A DNA stretch of 64,000 nt from Utricularia gibba (Eukaryota; Plantae; Magnoliophyta). Numbering within the stretch: the first letter of the stretch is position 1; the number at the start of each line of letters is the position of its first letter. Positions 50,956 to 64,000 of this stretch are shown in pieces. The notes beneath the pieces were generated by a model. It ran no database searches and was not told the DNA's origin. It saw only the letters and a list, made by a program, of their open reading frames with translations. The translations under genes and the position numbers were made by a program. The stretch is taken from contig CM007992.1 in the NCBI GenBank assembly GCA_002189035.1, forward strand, positions 1,488,001 through 1,552,000, written 5' to 3'.

Positions 50956-52460
50956 ATGAACGTTGCGCACGAGTCTAGAGAATCTACGCCGTCGAATATT
51001 TCCAATTCAGGTAAATCGGCTGAACGAAACCAGTTTCTCGGTAGGCTTGCGTGGTGTTCGATTTGTTTGTTGTTCCGATCAGTTATCAGATGCTTTTATT
51101 GAACTTAGGCATCTAGGTTTCTATTTGCTTGTTCGATTACGGTGCTAAGATAGATATCTGCGTGGCTGAGATCTGTGATGTCTTGTTCCGTAATTCACAT
51201 GCATGAATAGACAAAGAGGCTTCATGCGAATATGTTTGATGAATTTGCGTGTGTATACATTGAAACAAGAGTTAAGTCTGGGCTGGAAACCGAGTAGTTA
51301 TACCGGTTGATGCTATTCAAAGGTCGTTTAGTATTTGAATCTTACATCCGTTGCAGGATTCTCTGGTGTCTGTATCATGAGCACCTCGTGGAAGGAAGCC
51401 CAACATTCATCTTTTATCAAGTTTATCTCTGCTTTTCTCGGCGCGAATTCTTACAGATTGAAATTCATGCCAATAGCTCCAGTTCTTTCTTTCCCCTCCT
51501 TCTTCTATTTAAATTTGTAATATCAGTGCCTTATAGTATCTATCTGCAGGACTTCATTTTCAATTGTGGCGGGCTTTCTGTGGCCTTCGTGTTTGTCACT
51601 ACTTGGAACTCTACGGAAACTGCCTCCATCTTCAGCAGGTAACCGATGATCACTGTTTAAACTCCTTTCGCTTTCTTATCCACTTAGTTGAGCATATGCA
51701 GAATCCAGAAATTGACTGGACAATTTGCTCATTTGTACGTCGTTGTGACGCTGCCTTCGAAGGTTCAAAATGAGAGTTTTGTGCACGCTTTTTTCGAGTA
51801 AGTTGTTAAACTGAAAGTAAATCCTTCTGTTTCCTTCTGAGGTGTGGACTTGAATGAAATGTATCCTTGTTCAAGATATGGGTTTGAGCTTGGCAAGCCA
51901 TCTTTCATTCCTGTGCTAGACCTGGAAATGGGCTTCGAGAAGATCGTCAAAATAGCGCATGCTCGTGGAGGTACCATTACGCATTTCATCTCTAACGGAA
52001 ATCTTACCTAAAACTTGATCGCCATTTCTAACTACCAACTCCATGACAGTCTGCAAGAAGCAGGATGCTGTTGCCAAATTGAGAGCTGAGGTGCGTTTCA
52101 GTAATCACGGTACGTTTTACTGGTTTCTGGCTGCTGAATTACTTGCGAATATATGATTTTAGAGGACGACTTCGGTGCAATCCATGGAAATATACAAGAA
52201 AGTGGTGACATCAATTCCAGGGATTGACAGCCATGACGCCAATACAGTATGTAAACCACTCTTACTTTTTCACGTCTGAATTTCACCAATCTCATATTCA
52301 TTCCTTGCAGCTACAGCAGGCCATTGGCTCCATAGAAGCAGTTGCAAAAGCGTCCAAGAACCACATATTAGATAACACTGATCTCTCAGCGGAAAAAGCA
52401 GAAACCATTACCAGGTTCTTCAGAGACCTCAAGTTTTACCTCGGTCCTAAAATTAAATAA
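50956..52460 (+). CDS. PTD: PARTING DANCERS, ERCC1-like meiotic crossover protein (SHOC1 partner), 244 aa, 8 exons
   Basis: Exons 50956-51010, 51357-51481, 51550-51638, 51702-51797, 51876-51970, 52050-52090, 52163-52246, 52311-52460 (735 nt, all GT-AG): [102 protein letters not shown]. Confidence 0.94.
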
Positions 52461-52539
52461 CTTTCGTTCCTCCCGCGCTGAGATGAAAAATGTGGCTGAC
52501 ATAAAAACATGTTTCATCAATCAAAAATTTTCGGATTGA

Positions 52540-52850
52540 TCGCAGTCACACTCACGGAAGCTTGAACTTGATAATACCCAGCTGCTGCTGCACATTCATG
52601 AGTGAGACTCCGAAGGCGTTCTGGCGTACGCCCCCTGCGCCTGGTTCTGCCCCAACCCACAGCGTGCTCTGTCAACCACCGAGAACCCGTAACTCGCCGG
52701 ATTGTTCAGGACCTCGCCCATCAGAATTTAAATGTTGGCGTACAAAAATATCACGCCACTCACGGCTGGTGCCGTTGTCCGTCGAATCCACTAGTGAGAG
52801 TCACCCGTGGTTGAAACTATCCCTTAGCCACGAGACCTGCGCATCTTTAT
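52540..52850 (-). repeat. Dispersed repeat, copy B; possible Gypsy retropepsin relic
   Basis: Shares ~110 bp with 42213-42315; minus-strand relics GFDGQRHQP, FSVVD, GVRQNAFGV..IIKF. Confidence 0.45.
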
Positions 52851-53150
52851 CAATATGTTGAAATCTTGACATCACATTTCTGAAAATTGAGTTATTGAAT
52901 TTACTTTATTAAGTTTTCTTTATGTTTGTATTCATTTTTGGAAATTGTAATATTAAAATAAAAATTATATGTTATATTTTAATTTCAAACTACATTTATA
53001 TTTTTAAGACTGGCCTTCCGCATTTCAGTTTTCTGATGAAAAAAGAAACTTTTCATGAACCTTTGCCCCATTTCCGGAAATGCCACATCAACATTTCCAA
53101 AAATGGATAAAGATGCTCTAAGGGACCGATGACGGTGAAGTAGAACTTGT

Positions 53151-56100
53151 TGTTGAACTGATTATAGGCATCTGATGAAGCTCACACTCGTGAAAAAAGA
53201 GGAGCAAAGGAATGAAAGAGGGCTTCCCCAAGAGCAAGACAAAAGGGAAAATAATGTGGACCGAGATAAAAGCACTTGGGCCTTATGTAAATTAATCCTG
53301 CACAAACCCAACCCAAGTTTGCAACTGCACCACACATACAAAGCACACTTCACCAACAGTTATCTCATGACTAGGCAATTGTTGCTGTAGAGTGCTAGAC
53401 AACGGTCAATTTATCATATATAAATAGGTGATGTATTATAGTCAAGAGTGTATAGGAATTTAACACAAATAACATACATTCTCAAAGTAGTGGTGCCTTC
53501 TCTTTATATATCCATATGCATACTTGAAGGGTGTCAACTTTTTGGAATATGCAGCATTGAACTCAAGAGTACTTGAGGAAGCATATGAGTCTATCCTAAA
53601 GTGCAACAATCCCAAGGAAGCATGAGAACAACTGGAAAAAAACGTACTTGGGAAATGCAGAAACCCAAGCCACTCAAATAGCCTATCAATGAAGAGCTCT
53701 AGGATCATTGAGATTGAACCTTGGTTAATCGTTTGATTATCTCACTAACACTATTAAAGATGCATGCATGAAACTAAGGCTATTAGGGATCATACCTAAT
53801 GAAGAACGCATGAAGTACATCATCCTAAATGCATTATCCACTTCTTAGACCTGGCATGGGCCGCGACTCGCTGAGTAACAAGTATAACTCGTTGAGTCAT
53901 AGCTCTATTACGGGTTCACGAGTTGACGGGTCAATGGGTTTTGACCCCCAACTTGTATCTTACCCGAGTTGACTCGTTATTCATCGACTTGTCGGGTTGA
54001 CTCAAGTATGAACTCATCAACTCATATTTTATTTTATTTTTTATATAATTATTCTATTTTTCAGTTATTTTTTTAGTTGTGTATTAATATTTTTATTTAT
54101 ATATGATTTATTTAATCATTAAATATTCTATTTCAAAAAATTAAATAAAATTTTTTCTCATATTTTATGATATTTGAGATTGACGGTATATAATATAAAT
54201 GAAGTTAATTAGTATCAAATTATAAATATTAAAATGAAAAAGATATAAAAATTAAATTAAGAAATAAATAATTTAAACTATAAATCAGTTATTTTTTTAC
54301 AAGTTACCCGAGTAATTCATCGAGTCAAAAATCATCGACTCGACTCATACTTGTTTTTCATAAGTACGATTAACTCGTACTCATTTCATACAGGTTGCCT
54401 TACGGCTAACTTGGATTGACCTGTACCCATGCCCAGTTTTACCACTTCCTACAACTCAACAGTTGCTTCACTGGTGGCCATCGAATGCATCCAAAGATTC
54501 TCTCATATGGAGCTCCTAGAAAATCTACAACAGATCAAACTACACACAACATTGGAAAGCCATGATTAAAAGGCATTTGCTGCTGCAAGCCTCTTTGGAA
54601 AAAACTAGAGTAGAACCAAAAAACAAGAACGCATACAAACCTTATGCCTTAAGAATAATTCCAATAGTCTCCAACACTCATAGCGAAATACCACCATGCT
54701 GCTACTGCAAAATCGCAGAACTCACACATGCTTGAAAACTGTTAGTGGAATCCCATGGCTACCTGTGGATTTTGCAATCAAAATGGATATATGGAAAAAG
54801 TATGCATCCTGAATAAAGAAGTGGTGGCACAAGTATATAAGCAACTATCTGGAAAAAATGGAAAGCTTAGAATCAATCTTTCCCAAGAAGCTCTTTCAAG
54901 GGCTTTGGCAGATGGTCCTAAACTATAGGAATATGTCGATGAAGATTTGAGGTGGTCTAAAGTTCATTTACGGTAACATTCATGCGTGAAAGAAAGCACG
55001 GAGGTGAGAAGTGTTTAAGACTTTCTCAATACAAAAAAGGGTGAATGGTTTTTCAGGATGGACCGAAGGCCGGAGGTTTGAAGAACTCTCCCTATCGCCT
55101 ACGGACCGGCCTACAGTTTCAAGATCTCAACCGGAATGCGGTAGGAAAGAATGCGCTAGTCATGAAGCTTTCGGGTATGTTGGATCTCGATCGTTAGGGA
55201 CCGGCCGTAAGAATGCGACTGAAAGGGAGAGGAGGGTTCCCCATCTACTCCGGATTCTATATACTAACAATAAGAAAACCCACAACATTCACAGCACTCA
55301 CTGATAATCATAGAAAATAGACATGGTTGCTGTATAGTGATGCACTAACCATATTACAAATAATTTGTAAGCATTTACTGAGTACAAACCCTTAACTGCT
55401 AGAAATATTGAGATAGCAAATGGAACGCCTATACCTACACTTGGTCAAGGAAAAATAAAGCTGGAAAATCCATCAAGAATTATCCATATCAAAGATGTAT
55501 TCTATGTTACTACATCTTCCCACAACTTGATCAGTTTGGGTCAATTGGTAAGCAAAAATCTCACAATTACTTTCTCGAATCATATATGTATAGTTACAAA
55601 TAATGCAGGTGAGGAGCTACTGTCAATACTCATGATAAACAAAATATTCCTTATAAACTTCCTGTGAGATATTCCTAAAGTTTAGTATGTATGTCTAAGT
55701 GCTCAAATGAAAGAATCAATGTGATTATGGCATCATAGATATGGGCATCACAATCAAACATCTCTGAAGAAATCCTACTCTACAAAACTAATAGATGGCA
55801 TGGATGAGGTGACGCAAGTGAAAGAGCGCTGTAATGTCTACAAAAATCAGAAAAATGAGTTATTTAACTTTTGAAAGAAGAAGTTGGGTTGCCTCCACAC
55901 CTTTCAAGATTATCCATTCTAATGTCTATGGCCCTATACATCTTGTCACCAAAGGAGGAAACCGATACTTTATCTTATTTATAGATGATTACTCCAAATT
56001 TACCTAGGTCTATTTCATGAGGTCTAGAGCGGAAGTCATCTCTAAATTTTAAATTTTCAAGGCTATCGTAAAAAATCAAAGTGGCTCAAAAATCAAATAT

Positions 56101-59100
56101 GAACTGAAGGAGATGTGCGAGAAGAAGGGAATTACTCACCAATTCACTGCATTGTATACACCTCAGCAAAACAGAGTTAGTGAAAGAAGGAATTGAACAA
56201 TACTGAACATGACCAGATGCATGTTACTATTCGAGGAATTTTGGGGTGAAGCTGTAAATTGTGTGGTTTACCTTCTGAACAAACTTCCTATTTGAGGAAC
56301 TACCTTGTTCAAGACCCCATATGAGCTGTGCAATGGAAGAGTTCTTGCAGTAGATCATCTACGAGTATTTGGGTGTGTGTGCTACCGCACTGTCCCAATG
56401 GAACTAAGAAAAATTGGATAACAAAGGTTAAACAGGAGTATTCACAGGTTACAACCTAACTACAAAGGCATATAGAATTTGAGAAACTTTGGAAGGAAAA
56501 ATTGTATTGAGTAGACATGTAGCATTTGATGAAGAATGCACCTAGAACAAGAAAAGCAATGTGATGAACTCGAAAGTCTCTCAATGTTCACCTACATATA
56601 TTCGTATCTCCTTTGAAACTATGCCTCCACATGCTGATCATGTACTATCATAGGATTCCACCTCTAGTATCTCGCCACTGAAGAAGCTCACAGTGACTCA
56701 GATGTTAGTGCTAGTGAAAACTTAGGTGATGACATATTCAAACTTGGAGCCAATGACTCAATGCTGAATTCAAAAAGTGAGAAACACCCCAATGAAGGAA
56801 ATTCACTAATTGAAGAAAGGATCAAAACTCAATGTCCAAAAAGTAAAGACTATCACAATACGTCTCAAAGCTATGACAACTTAGAAAATGGAAAGAACAA
56901 AACAGAAGCACATGAAAATAGCAGAAATGATGTCTCCATTGAGGATCATGAGAACGGGACACAGGAAGAGTTTGAATCTACCATAGCTTCTGATCAGCTA
57001 GAAATCCTTGCAAAGCACGTAAAAGAAATAGAAAAGGAATCAATAAATTGTGAGGGACATTTCAATCAAACTCACAGATACATCCAGAATGAAGATGAAA
57101 ATCAGAACTCAAGTAACAATGGTTATACTTTGGATGAACAATTAAGAAATGATCCAGAGAATGAAGCTAATATGAGTCTAGCCGTCCAGACACCATGTTC
57201 AAACAAAACTGGGCACTGCACACAAAATTATGAACCAGTTGAAGAAATTTATCAGGATAGAATGATGGATGAATATCAAAACTCTACTCTTAATTTTTCT
57301 GAGACCTATGATAACACATCAGTTCGAGGATTCAGACTAATTGATTCATTCTATCAAGACAGAAATGTTCACCCACTCGGAACCTACGAGTCTAAGCTAT
57401 GCATTAACTAACCATGATTGGAGGAAAGCCATGAGTGAAGGAATAGATTATGAAGATACATTCGCTCCAGTGGCTAGATTGGATATTATAAAATTCTTAT
57501 TTGTAGTTGCAACTTGCAAAGATTTGTGTATATTCCATTTAGATATCAAATCAGCATTTCTTAATGGGACTCCAACAAAGGAAATATATGTTGAGCAACC
57601 TCTAGAATTCATTATACAGGGCAAGAGGACGAAGTTTAGAGGTCACATAAAGCACTATACAGTCTAAAAGAAGACCCTCGACTGTTGCACAGCAGAATTG
57701 ATGAATATTTCTCAGATCAAGGATATAACAGAAGCGAAAGTGATGCCAGTGTATATACATTAAGAGATAAACACAGCAAAGGCCATGTCATTATCTCTCT
57801 ATATGTAGACAATATGATTATAACCGGGAATGACTCAGAGGTGGTTCACAAGGAAAAAGAAAAGCTAAAGCAAACATTTCAGCTTACCGATTTAGGACTC
57901 ATGACCCACTTTCTAGGTCTAGAGGTTGAACAGACTTCTTCAGACATTACCATCTCTCAGCATTGATATATGTGTGACCTTGTAAGAGAGTATAGTATGG
58001 AAACCTTCAGAGCATCATCAGTACCTATTACGCCATATGTAAGGAAAATGTTTTACAATCAAGAATAGAGAGTAGAAGCAAACATATATAGGCAACTCAT
58101 TGGTTCCTTGATGTATTTAATAGCCACTAGACCAAACATTACATTTGTAGTAAATCTACTCTCTCAGTTCATGACCAATCCACAAACAACACATCTAGAA
58201 GCTAAAAAACAAGTACTCAGATACCTAAATAGTACAAAATCGTTCAGATTTGCTTATACAAAAGGTATGGCACCGTGTCTACAAGCCTATTGTGATAGTG
58301 ACTATGTAGGTGACAAAACTGATATAAAATCAACGAGTGGATACATCTTTATGTTGAGCAGTTGTGTGTTCGCTTGAGATAGCAAGAAGCAGGTTGTAGT
58401 TGCTAAATCATCATCAAAGGCCGAATACATGGCAGCTGTAGGAGCCTCTAATCAAACCATATGGATATTGAAGCTACTCAAGGACATAGATATTCAGATT
58501 CAGAAACCAGCAACGATATTCCTAAACAATAAGTTAGACATTATGATGGAAAATAACCCTACATTCTTTGAGAGGATCAAACACATTCAAATAAAATACC
58601 ATGTGGTGAGGAACTATATTAAAGGGAAGTTGATGAAGCTCAAACACGTTCACACAAAGAGACAACTAGTTGACATATTGACAAAGCACCTATGTCCCAA
58701 GCAATTCACATAATTGAGAGAGAAGCTGAAACTCTCATATACAAATCCTTCATTAAACCCATTATCTGTGAAAAATGCCCAAAAGAATTTGATATCTGAA
58801 GACCAATTAAAGAAAGGTGTCGAAGAGAAACCCTACATGTCCAAAAATCCAAACAGATCAAGTTTGGTAATAGATGAAGACCACATAAATAACTTTGGTT
58901 GCTTCGATTCTTTGATTCGCTCCATCACGGGGAGGATGTTGAACTAATTACAAGCGTCTGATGGAGCTCACACTCGTGAAAAAGGAGGAGCAGAGGAATG
59001 AAAGAGGGCTTCCCACACTAGCAAGGCAAAAGGGAAAATAGTGTAGCCCGAGACAAGGATACTTGGGGCTCAATGAAATTAAACTTGCACAAGCCCAAGC

Positions 59101-59358
59101 CAAGTCTGCAACTACGCTACACTACACAGAACACACTTCACTAATGGTTACCTCACTGCTAGCAACTATTGCTGTACAGTACTAGACAATGGTTAATTTA
59201 TCATGTATAAATAGGTGCTGTATTACAGTCAAGGGTATGTGGAAATTTAATCCAAATAACATACATTATCAAAGTAGTCCCTTCTCTTCACACATCCATA
59301 TGCATACTTGAAGGTTGTCATCTTCTTCAGTTAGTAAGCAAACTGTCAGATTCATACA
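53151..59358 (+). mobile_element. Old degenerate Ty1/Copia; LTRs ~53151-53540 and 58937-~59358
   Basis: Both LTRs begin TGTTGAACT and align over ~390 bp with visibly higher divergence; PPT ACGGGGAGGA; gag relic (53550-53700), integrase (YFILFIDDYS, YTPQQNRVSERR), RT (FAPVARLD, LDIKSAFLNG, LYVDN), RNase H (CDSDYVGD, AEY). 3' end of the 5' LTR and the PBS appear deleted; no TSD found. Confidence 0.88.
53846..54441. mobile_element. hAT-type MITE nested in Copia gag
   Basis: Termini TAGACCTGGCATGGG and CCCATGCCCAGTTTTA; 8-bp flanks CCACTTCT/CCACTTCC (7/8); subterminal GACTCG/CGAGT motifs. Confidence 0.8.
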
Positions 59359-59677
59359 TGGTGATGGTGCCTACCGGTTTTGTCGAGCGAGGATTAGAGC
59401 TCCGATTGTACTGGGATTGAAGGAGGCTAGCAGCCTCGGAAGCCTGAACCATGCACATATGAAAAATTGATGATTTGAATTCCTATTATTGATGAAATTC
59501 AAGATACGATGGGTCAGATAAGCACACATAAAGCGCTAAGTACATAAGAAGTGTGGATCACATTAGAAAATATTAAGTCCAATCAATTACAAGTGATCTA
59601 TAATTTTTTATATACATGACTAGTTTTCACTTTCAAATTACGATATGACATCATTTGTTCCAATACTTATCACCTAA

Positions 59678-61250
59678 GGGCTTGTTTGGTTAGTTGATTT
59701 AGATTTTTATGGGTTTAGATTATTTGGGTTTAGATAAACCCAAATATGTAGGTTTATGTATGAAGGAATGTTTGGTATACCATTTTAGTTTATTTGGGTA
59801 ATACATTAATGTTGTGTTTTTTATGTGGGTTTATATTATTGGGTTTATAATATAATGACAATTGTGTCCCTAGGAATTTAATATAAATATTAGTATTTTT
59901 CAACCCTAATCATACAATGACAAACACAATCGACGATCTTGTTGGATGAAGGTGTCTTCCTATCTACGTTGATCTTGTTGAATTTTAAGTCTAGACTTCA
60001 TCTTTGAATAACATTGGATTTGTTTATCTTGTACGTGTAGGTTTCATCTTTGAATATTACATGAACATAATATTCTTTGTATGACTAGGGTTCTTTTACC
60101 GTTGTCATAGTGCATTAATTAATTGCATCAGTTTTGGGATTGTGTTTTATATTGTATTATTTTGATTTCATATATGCACAACAATATTGTAGTTGGATTT
60201 ATTAATTAGATATACACTTGATGATTTGGTTTACCACATATGATGATGAAGAAAAAAGGAAGTGGAAATGCAAATGAGGTAGATGATGCAAAAAAAACTC
60301 AACGCCAATGGAAACCTGATGAAGAGAAGCATCTCATTGAAGCATTCAAAAAAATAATTGAAGCATCCTGGAAAATTGAAAACGGATTTAGAGGAGGGTA
60401 CCAAGTGGCACTTGAAACAGCTTTCATGAAGCTAAGACCGGGGACTGACATTAGAGCACAACCGCAACTCCAAGGTTCATAATTGGAAAAAAGAGTATTA
60501 CTCTTTAATAGACTTCTTATCTAAATCAGACACTGGTTTTGATGACAACACAAATATGCTCGATGTCAGCGATGATGTTTGGAAGGAATTAGAGCAGGTA
60601 ATGCTTTTCAGATCAACTATTTCTTTTTATAACATTTTTAGATTTTTATTAGTTGAATGCATAATATAATTTACTCAATTATGTCTAGAATTGTCCAAGA
60701 TTGAATGCTTTGAGATTCAAGACATGGCCTTACTACAAATATTGGCAAGAAATATTTGGGAAAGACAAGGCTGATGGGACTAATTGATAAACTTGTAAGA
60801 AGGCTACATCAAAGTAGAGGGAAAATGAAATGGCCAGATATGGAGTAGAAGAGGCTTCATTATTTATTGAATATCCAGATTCAACCTTCCAAAGAAGCAG
60901 AATTTAATGCATCTCAAAAAGACAGGAATCCTAAATCTGGGAAAGGAAGCCATTGCATGGAGAACCTGATTTCTTGGCCAAAATCATGGAATTAAATGAC
61001 CGTACTTGTGCTGAACTAAGGACTATTGCCTCAAAGATGGGAGAAAAGGATCGAGTGAATGAGGAAAAGCAAGTCAATGCACAAGAAATCATCCGAAGAA
61101 TGCCATTACCGTTGTCTACCATGCAGCGGTTTGATATAAGTGAAGCTATTTGCAATAACTTGGTGAAGCTCAACTACTTTCTTGCATCAAGTGAAACTGA
61201 GCGTGAATTGATTGTGCAGAACTTGGCTGCAATGTATGAGAGCAGGTAAT
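59678..61250 (+). mobile_element. PIF/Harbinger remnant carrying the Myb/SANT-like ORF (frameshifted); transposase not seen
   Basis: TAA followed by GGGCTTGTTTGG (Harbinger-type TIR) at 59675-59689; RQWKPDEEKHLIEA..WKIENGFRGGY..RPGTDIRAQP / WKKEYYSLIDFLSKSDTGFDD..VSDDVW, intron ~60598-60688, then RFKTWPYYKYWQEIFGKDKADG. Confidence 0.75.
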
Positions 61251-61699
61251 TAATGAGGAGTGCCTAATGCACACTTGATGCTTCTAGTATTTATGTTTGG
61301 ATTTGTTAAATAAATTCAACTTTGTTGAAACTTGTTGCAATTGGAATTGCTGATTTCTAATGGACATATTTTTTTGTTAGCACATCACACTGCTTTTTTA
61401 TTTTAGCTTCTATGTGTGTGGACAAAAGAAGCATGAAACAGCCACCCTCCTCCAAAAAAATAATCCATCGTTCTTTAGGTATAAAAAAGCTGTTTAGGTC
61501 TGAAAAACCATAATTATTACTCTGCCATGGGACCATTGATGAATATAAGATTGATATTCACTTACATTTTTCAATTTCCATCAAATAAAAACTCACAATT
61601 GGACATCCATGATATTAAAATTGATCAAAAAAACCAATCGTGTTCCTTGAACATATGTCAAAACTATGGCTTTATATACACTATCGGTGCAATAAAGGG

Positions 61700-63440
61700 A
61701 AAAGTGACAAAATAGTTGTAATGATTGCATCTTGAGTACTACATTTTCGTTGCATATCATACATTGATAAGATGTGTTTATCTAGAGGTGGTAATAAGTT
61801 TATGGTTTCTTTCATTGATGATTGCTCTAGATATACTCGTGTGTATTTGTTGAAATAAAAATCTGAAGCATTTGATAAGTTTTTGTTATTTAATGCTGAG
61901 TCAGAAAACCAACTTGATAAGAAAATAAAGAGAGTTAGATCTGATAGAGGGGATGAGTATGTATTATTCAAGGACTTCTATGTGAAGCATGGAATACTAC
62001 ATGAGATGACTCCTCCCTACTCCCCTGAGTCAAATGGAGTTGTTGAGAGAAAGAATAGGATATTGAAGAAAATGATGAATTCAATACTTATTACTTATGG
62101 CACTCCAAATGAAATGTGAGGGGAAGCGATTCTCACAGCCTGTCATGGAAAGGCTATATACCAAAACTTAAGTATTTAAGGGTGTGGGGGTGTTTAGAAA
62201 AAATGATGTTATCTGATCCTAAGAAAAGGAAGATTGGATCAACAACATCTGATTGTCTGTTCATAGGATATGAACAGGGGAGTACCGCATGTCGATTCCT
62301 TGTGATCAAGAGTGATGTCCTTGATCGGCTACAATACTAGAAACAAAGAATGCATAATTCTTTGGGAGCATCTTTTCCTCTAGCAGAAAAACAACAAGAT
62401 GGTGGTGCTAAGACACCTAGCATTGAACCTACTGAAACTAGTGAACCCTTGGAGGAAGTGCCTCTAAGATGAAGCAAAAGCCAGAGGACAGAGTTTAACT
62501 TCGGTAATGACTTCTATGTGTACCTCACTAGTGAAGATCCTCTAACCTACGACAATGCAATTAGTTCCCCAGATGCTTCATTGTGGATGGAGGCCATTCA
62601 GAGTGAGATGGATTCGCTCCATCATAAAAAGGTATGGGAAGTATGACCTACCTCTTAAGGCATAGACAAAATGAGAGCAAGTGGATCTTTAAGAAAAAGC
62701 TCCTAGCAAATGGTAAAGTAGACAAATACAAGGCTCGCCTTGTAACAAAGGGTTTCACTTAGAAACTAGGTGTTGACTACTTTGAGACATTTGCCCTAGT
62801 GGTTCATGGCACAATTGGACAGTTCACCAAATGGATGTCTAAACGGCCTTCTTGAATGGTGAATTGGAGGAAGAAATCTACATGTTTCAGCCTGAGGGTT
62901 GCATAAAAGCTGGAGATGAACATAAAGTATGTCAACTGAAGAAGTCATTGTATGGCTTGAAACAAGCACCTAAATAGTGGTATGAGAAATTTGATGAAGT
63001 CATAACATCATCAGGCTTCACATCAAATCTAGGTGAAAGATGTGTTTACTCTAAGACGTTTAATGATCAATGTGTGATCATCACCCTTTATGTAGATGAT
63101 ATGCTAATCTTTGGATCAAACCTAGACACTGTACCGAAGGCCAAGAAATTCTTAACCTCTAAATTTGAGATGAAGGACATGGGTGAAGCTAACTACATAT
63201 TGGGCATCAAAATTGTGTGAAATGAAGAAGGGTTTCTACTGACTCATAGTCATTACACTGAGAAACTCTTAGAGAAGTTTGGTTTCCATGAGGCGAAACC
63301 GACTCGAACTCCATATGATCCCAGTATTAGCTTAAAGAAAAATAGAGATGACTGTATGTCTTAGAGTGAATATGCTCAAATAATAGGAAGTATGATGTAT
63401 CTAATGAATCATACCCGACTTCACATAGCATATGCAGTGA
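61700..63440 (+). mobile_element. Ty1/Copia internal remnant (integrase-RT)
   Basis: [99 protein letters not shown]; many stops. Confidence 0.9.
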
Positions 63441-64000
63441 TGTTGTGTGTCGTTTCCTCAAAAAAATTTAAATATTTATAAAACGTAAAACATAAAGAGC
63501 AAAGTAGTGTGTCAATCTTAGGGAGTTGTTTTTCTTGAAAATTGTTTTGTAAGAAACTTCTACAAAATGTCACGGTTTTGTAAAAGGGCGTTTGCGAAAT
63601 GCAGAAATGAAAGATACAACCTAAGTGATGGGCCTTGACTATGGGACGCAGTTCCTGGGAATGAGATTCCGTCTCCTTCCTTTGTCTATCCTCGCCTTCA
63701 GTTTTCTTTGATTCCTTCTAAATAGCTGGTTATAGAAGCAAGGAATAGCCTACTCTCACTTACACTCTGATTGACAAGGAGGCACGGGAATAGCCTCATG
63801 CGATTCCCCCTTGGAAGATTAAGAAGACAAGAGAATTCCCTCTGATTGCCTTTAAAACAGAATTGCGCGTGTGTGCCCAGCTGTTGCCAATGGCCAGTGG
63901 TAGGCACGAGGTCACTACCTATCCACTGTCGTGATACCTCGGCCACAAACAATCCGCTACTTCCTTTGAACCAGTAGGGTTGAAATTGGTGCTCTTCACC
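63441..64000 (+). mobile_element. LTR inserted into the Copia RT, running off the window end; same family as 49545-50017
   Basis: Starts TGTTGTGTGTCGTTTCCTC exactly where the RT-like sequence stops; inverted homology to 49545-50017. Confidence 0.8.

Noticed and set aside
56761-57411. 216-aa open frame
   Set aside because: Low-complexity linker between Copia integrase and RT, not a separate gene.
59359-59372. TGGTGATGG after the 3' LTR resembling a PBS of a tandem element
   Set aside because: Match to the Trp-type PBS is only 6 nt and no gag follows.
1-64000. tRNA, rRNA or snoRNA genes
   Set aside because: No cloverleaf with A/B boxes or rRNA-like sequence recognised; the only tRNA-related sequences are PBS motifs.

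Overview
Plant (angiosperm, dicot-like) nuclear DNA with six recognisable or likely host genes, two invertase pseudogenes and dense transposon debris. Host genes: 3' end of an NRT1/PTR (NPF) transporter with two 1-bp frameshifts; MES14-like methylesterase; a ~102-aa single-pass membrane protein; Abitram/Simiate (FAM206A); a GDSL esterase/lipase; and the meiotic crossover gene PARTING DANCERS. The centre holds an inverted pair of cell-wall invertase (GH32) paralogs, each with the 9-nt DPN mini-exon and both apparently disabled. Copy 1 (+) has frameshifts, stops and a 5.5-kb Copia with a perfect GGTAA TSD, non-canonical TG..TA LTRs and a probable tRNA-Trp PBS. Copy 2 (-) has an intact catalytic half, a 122-bp deletion, two lost splice sites, and an LTR fragment abutting its TATA box. 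The two copies share a ~520-bp essentially identical tract including introns, which suggests gene conversion after the Copia inserted. A third, promoter-only invertase remnant lies upstream of PTD. Other elements: three Mutator-like elements (one nested in a Copia gag with a perfect 9-bp TSD), several more Copia remnants, two hAT-type MITEs and a Harbinger Myb/SANT remnant. All calls come from reading the sequence by eye and from recalled protein motifs; no database searches were run.
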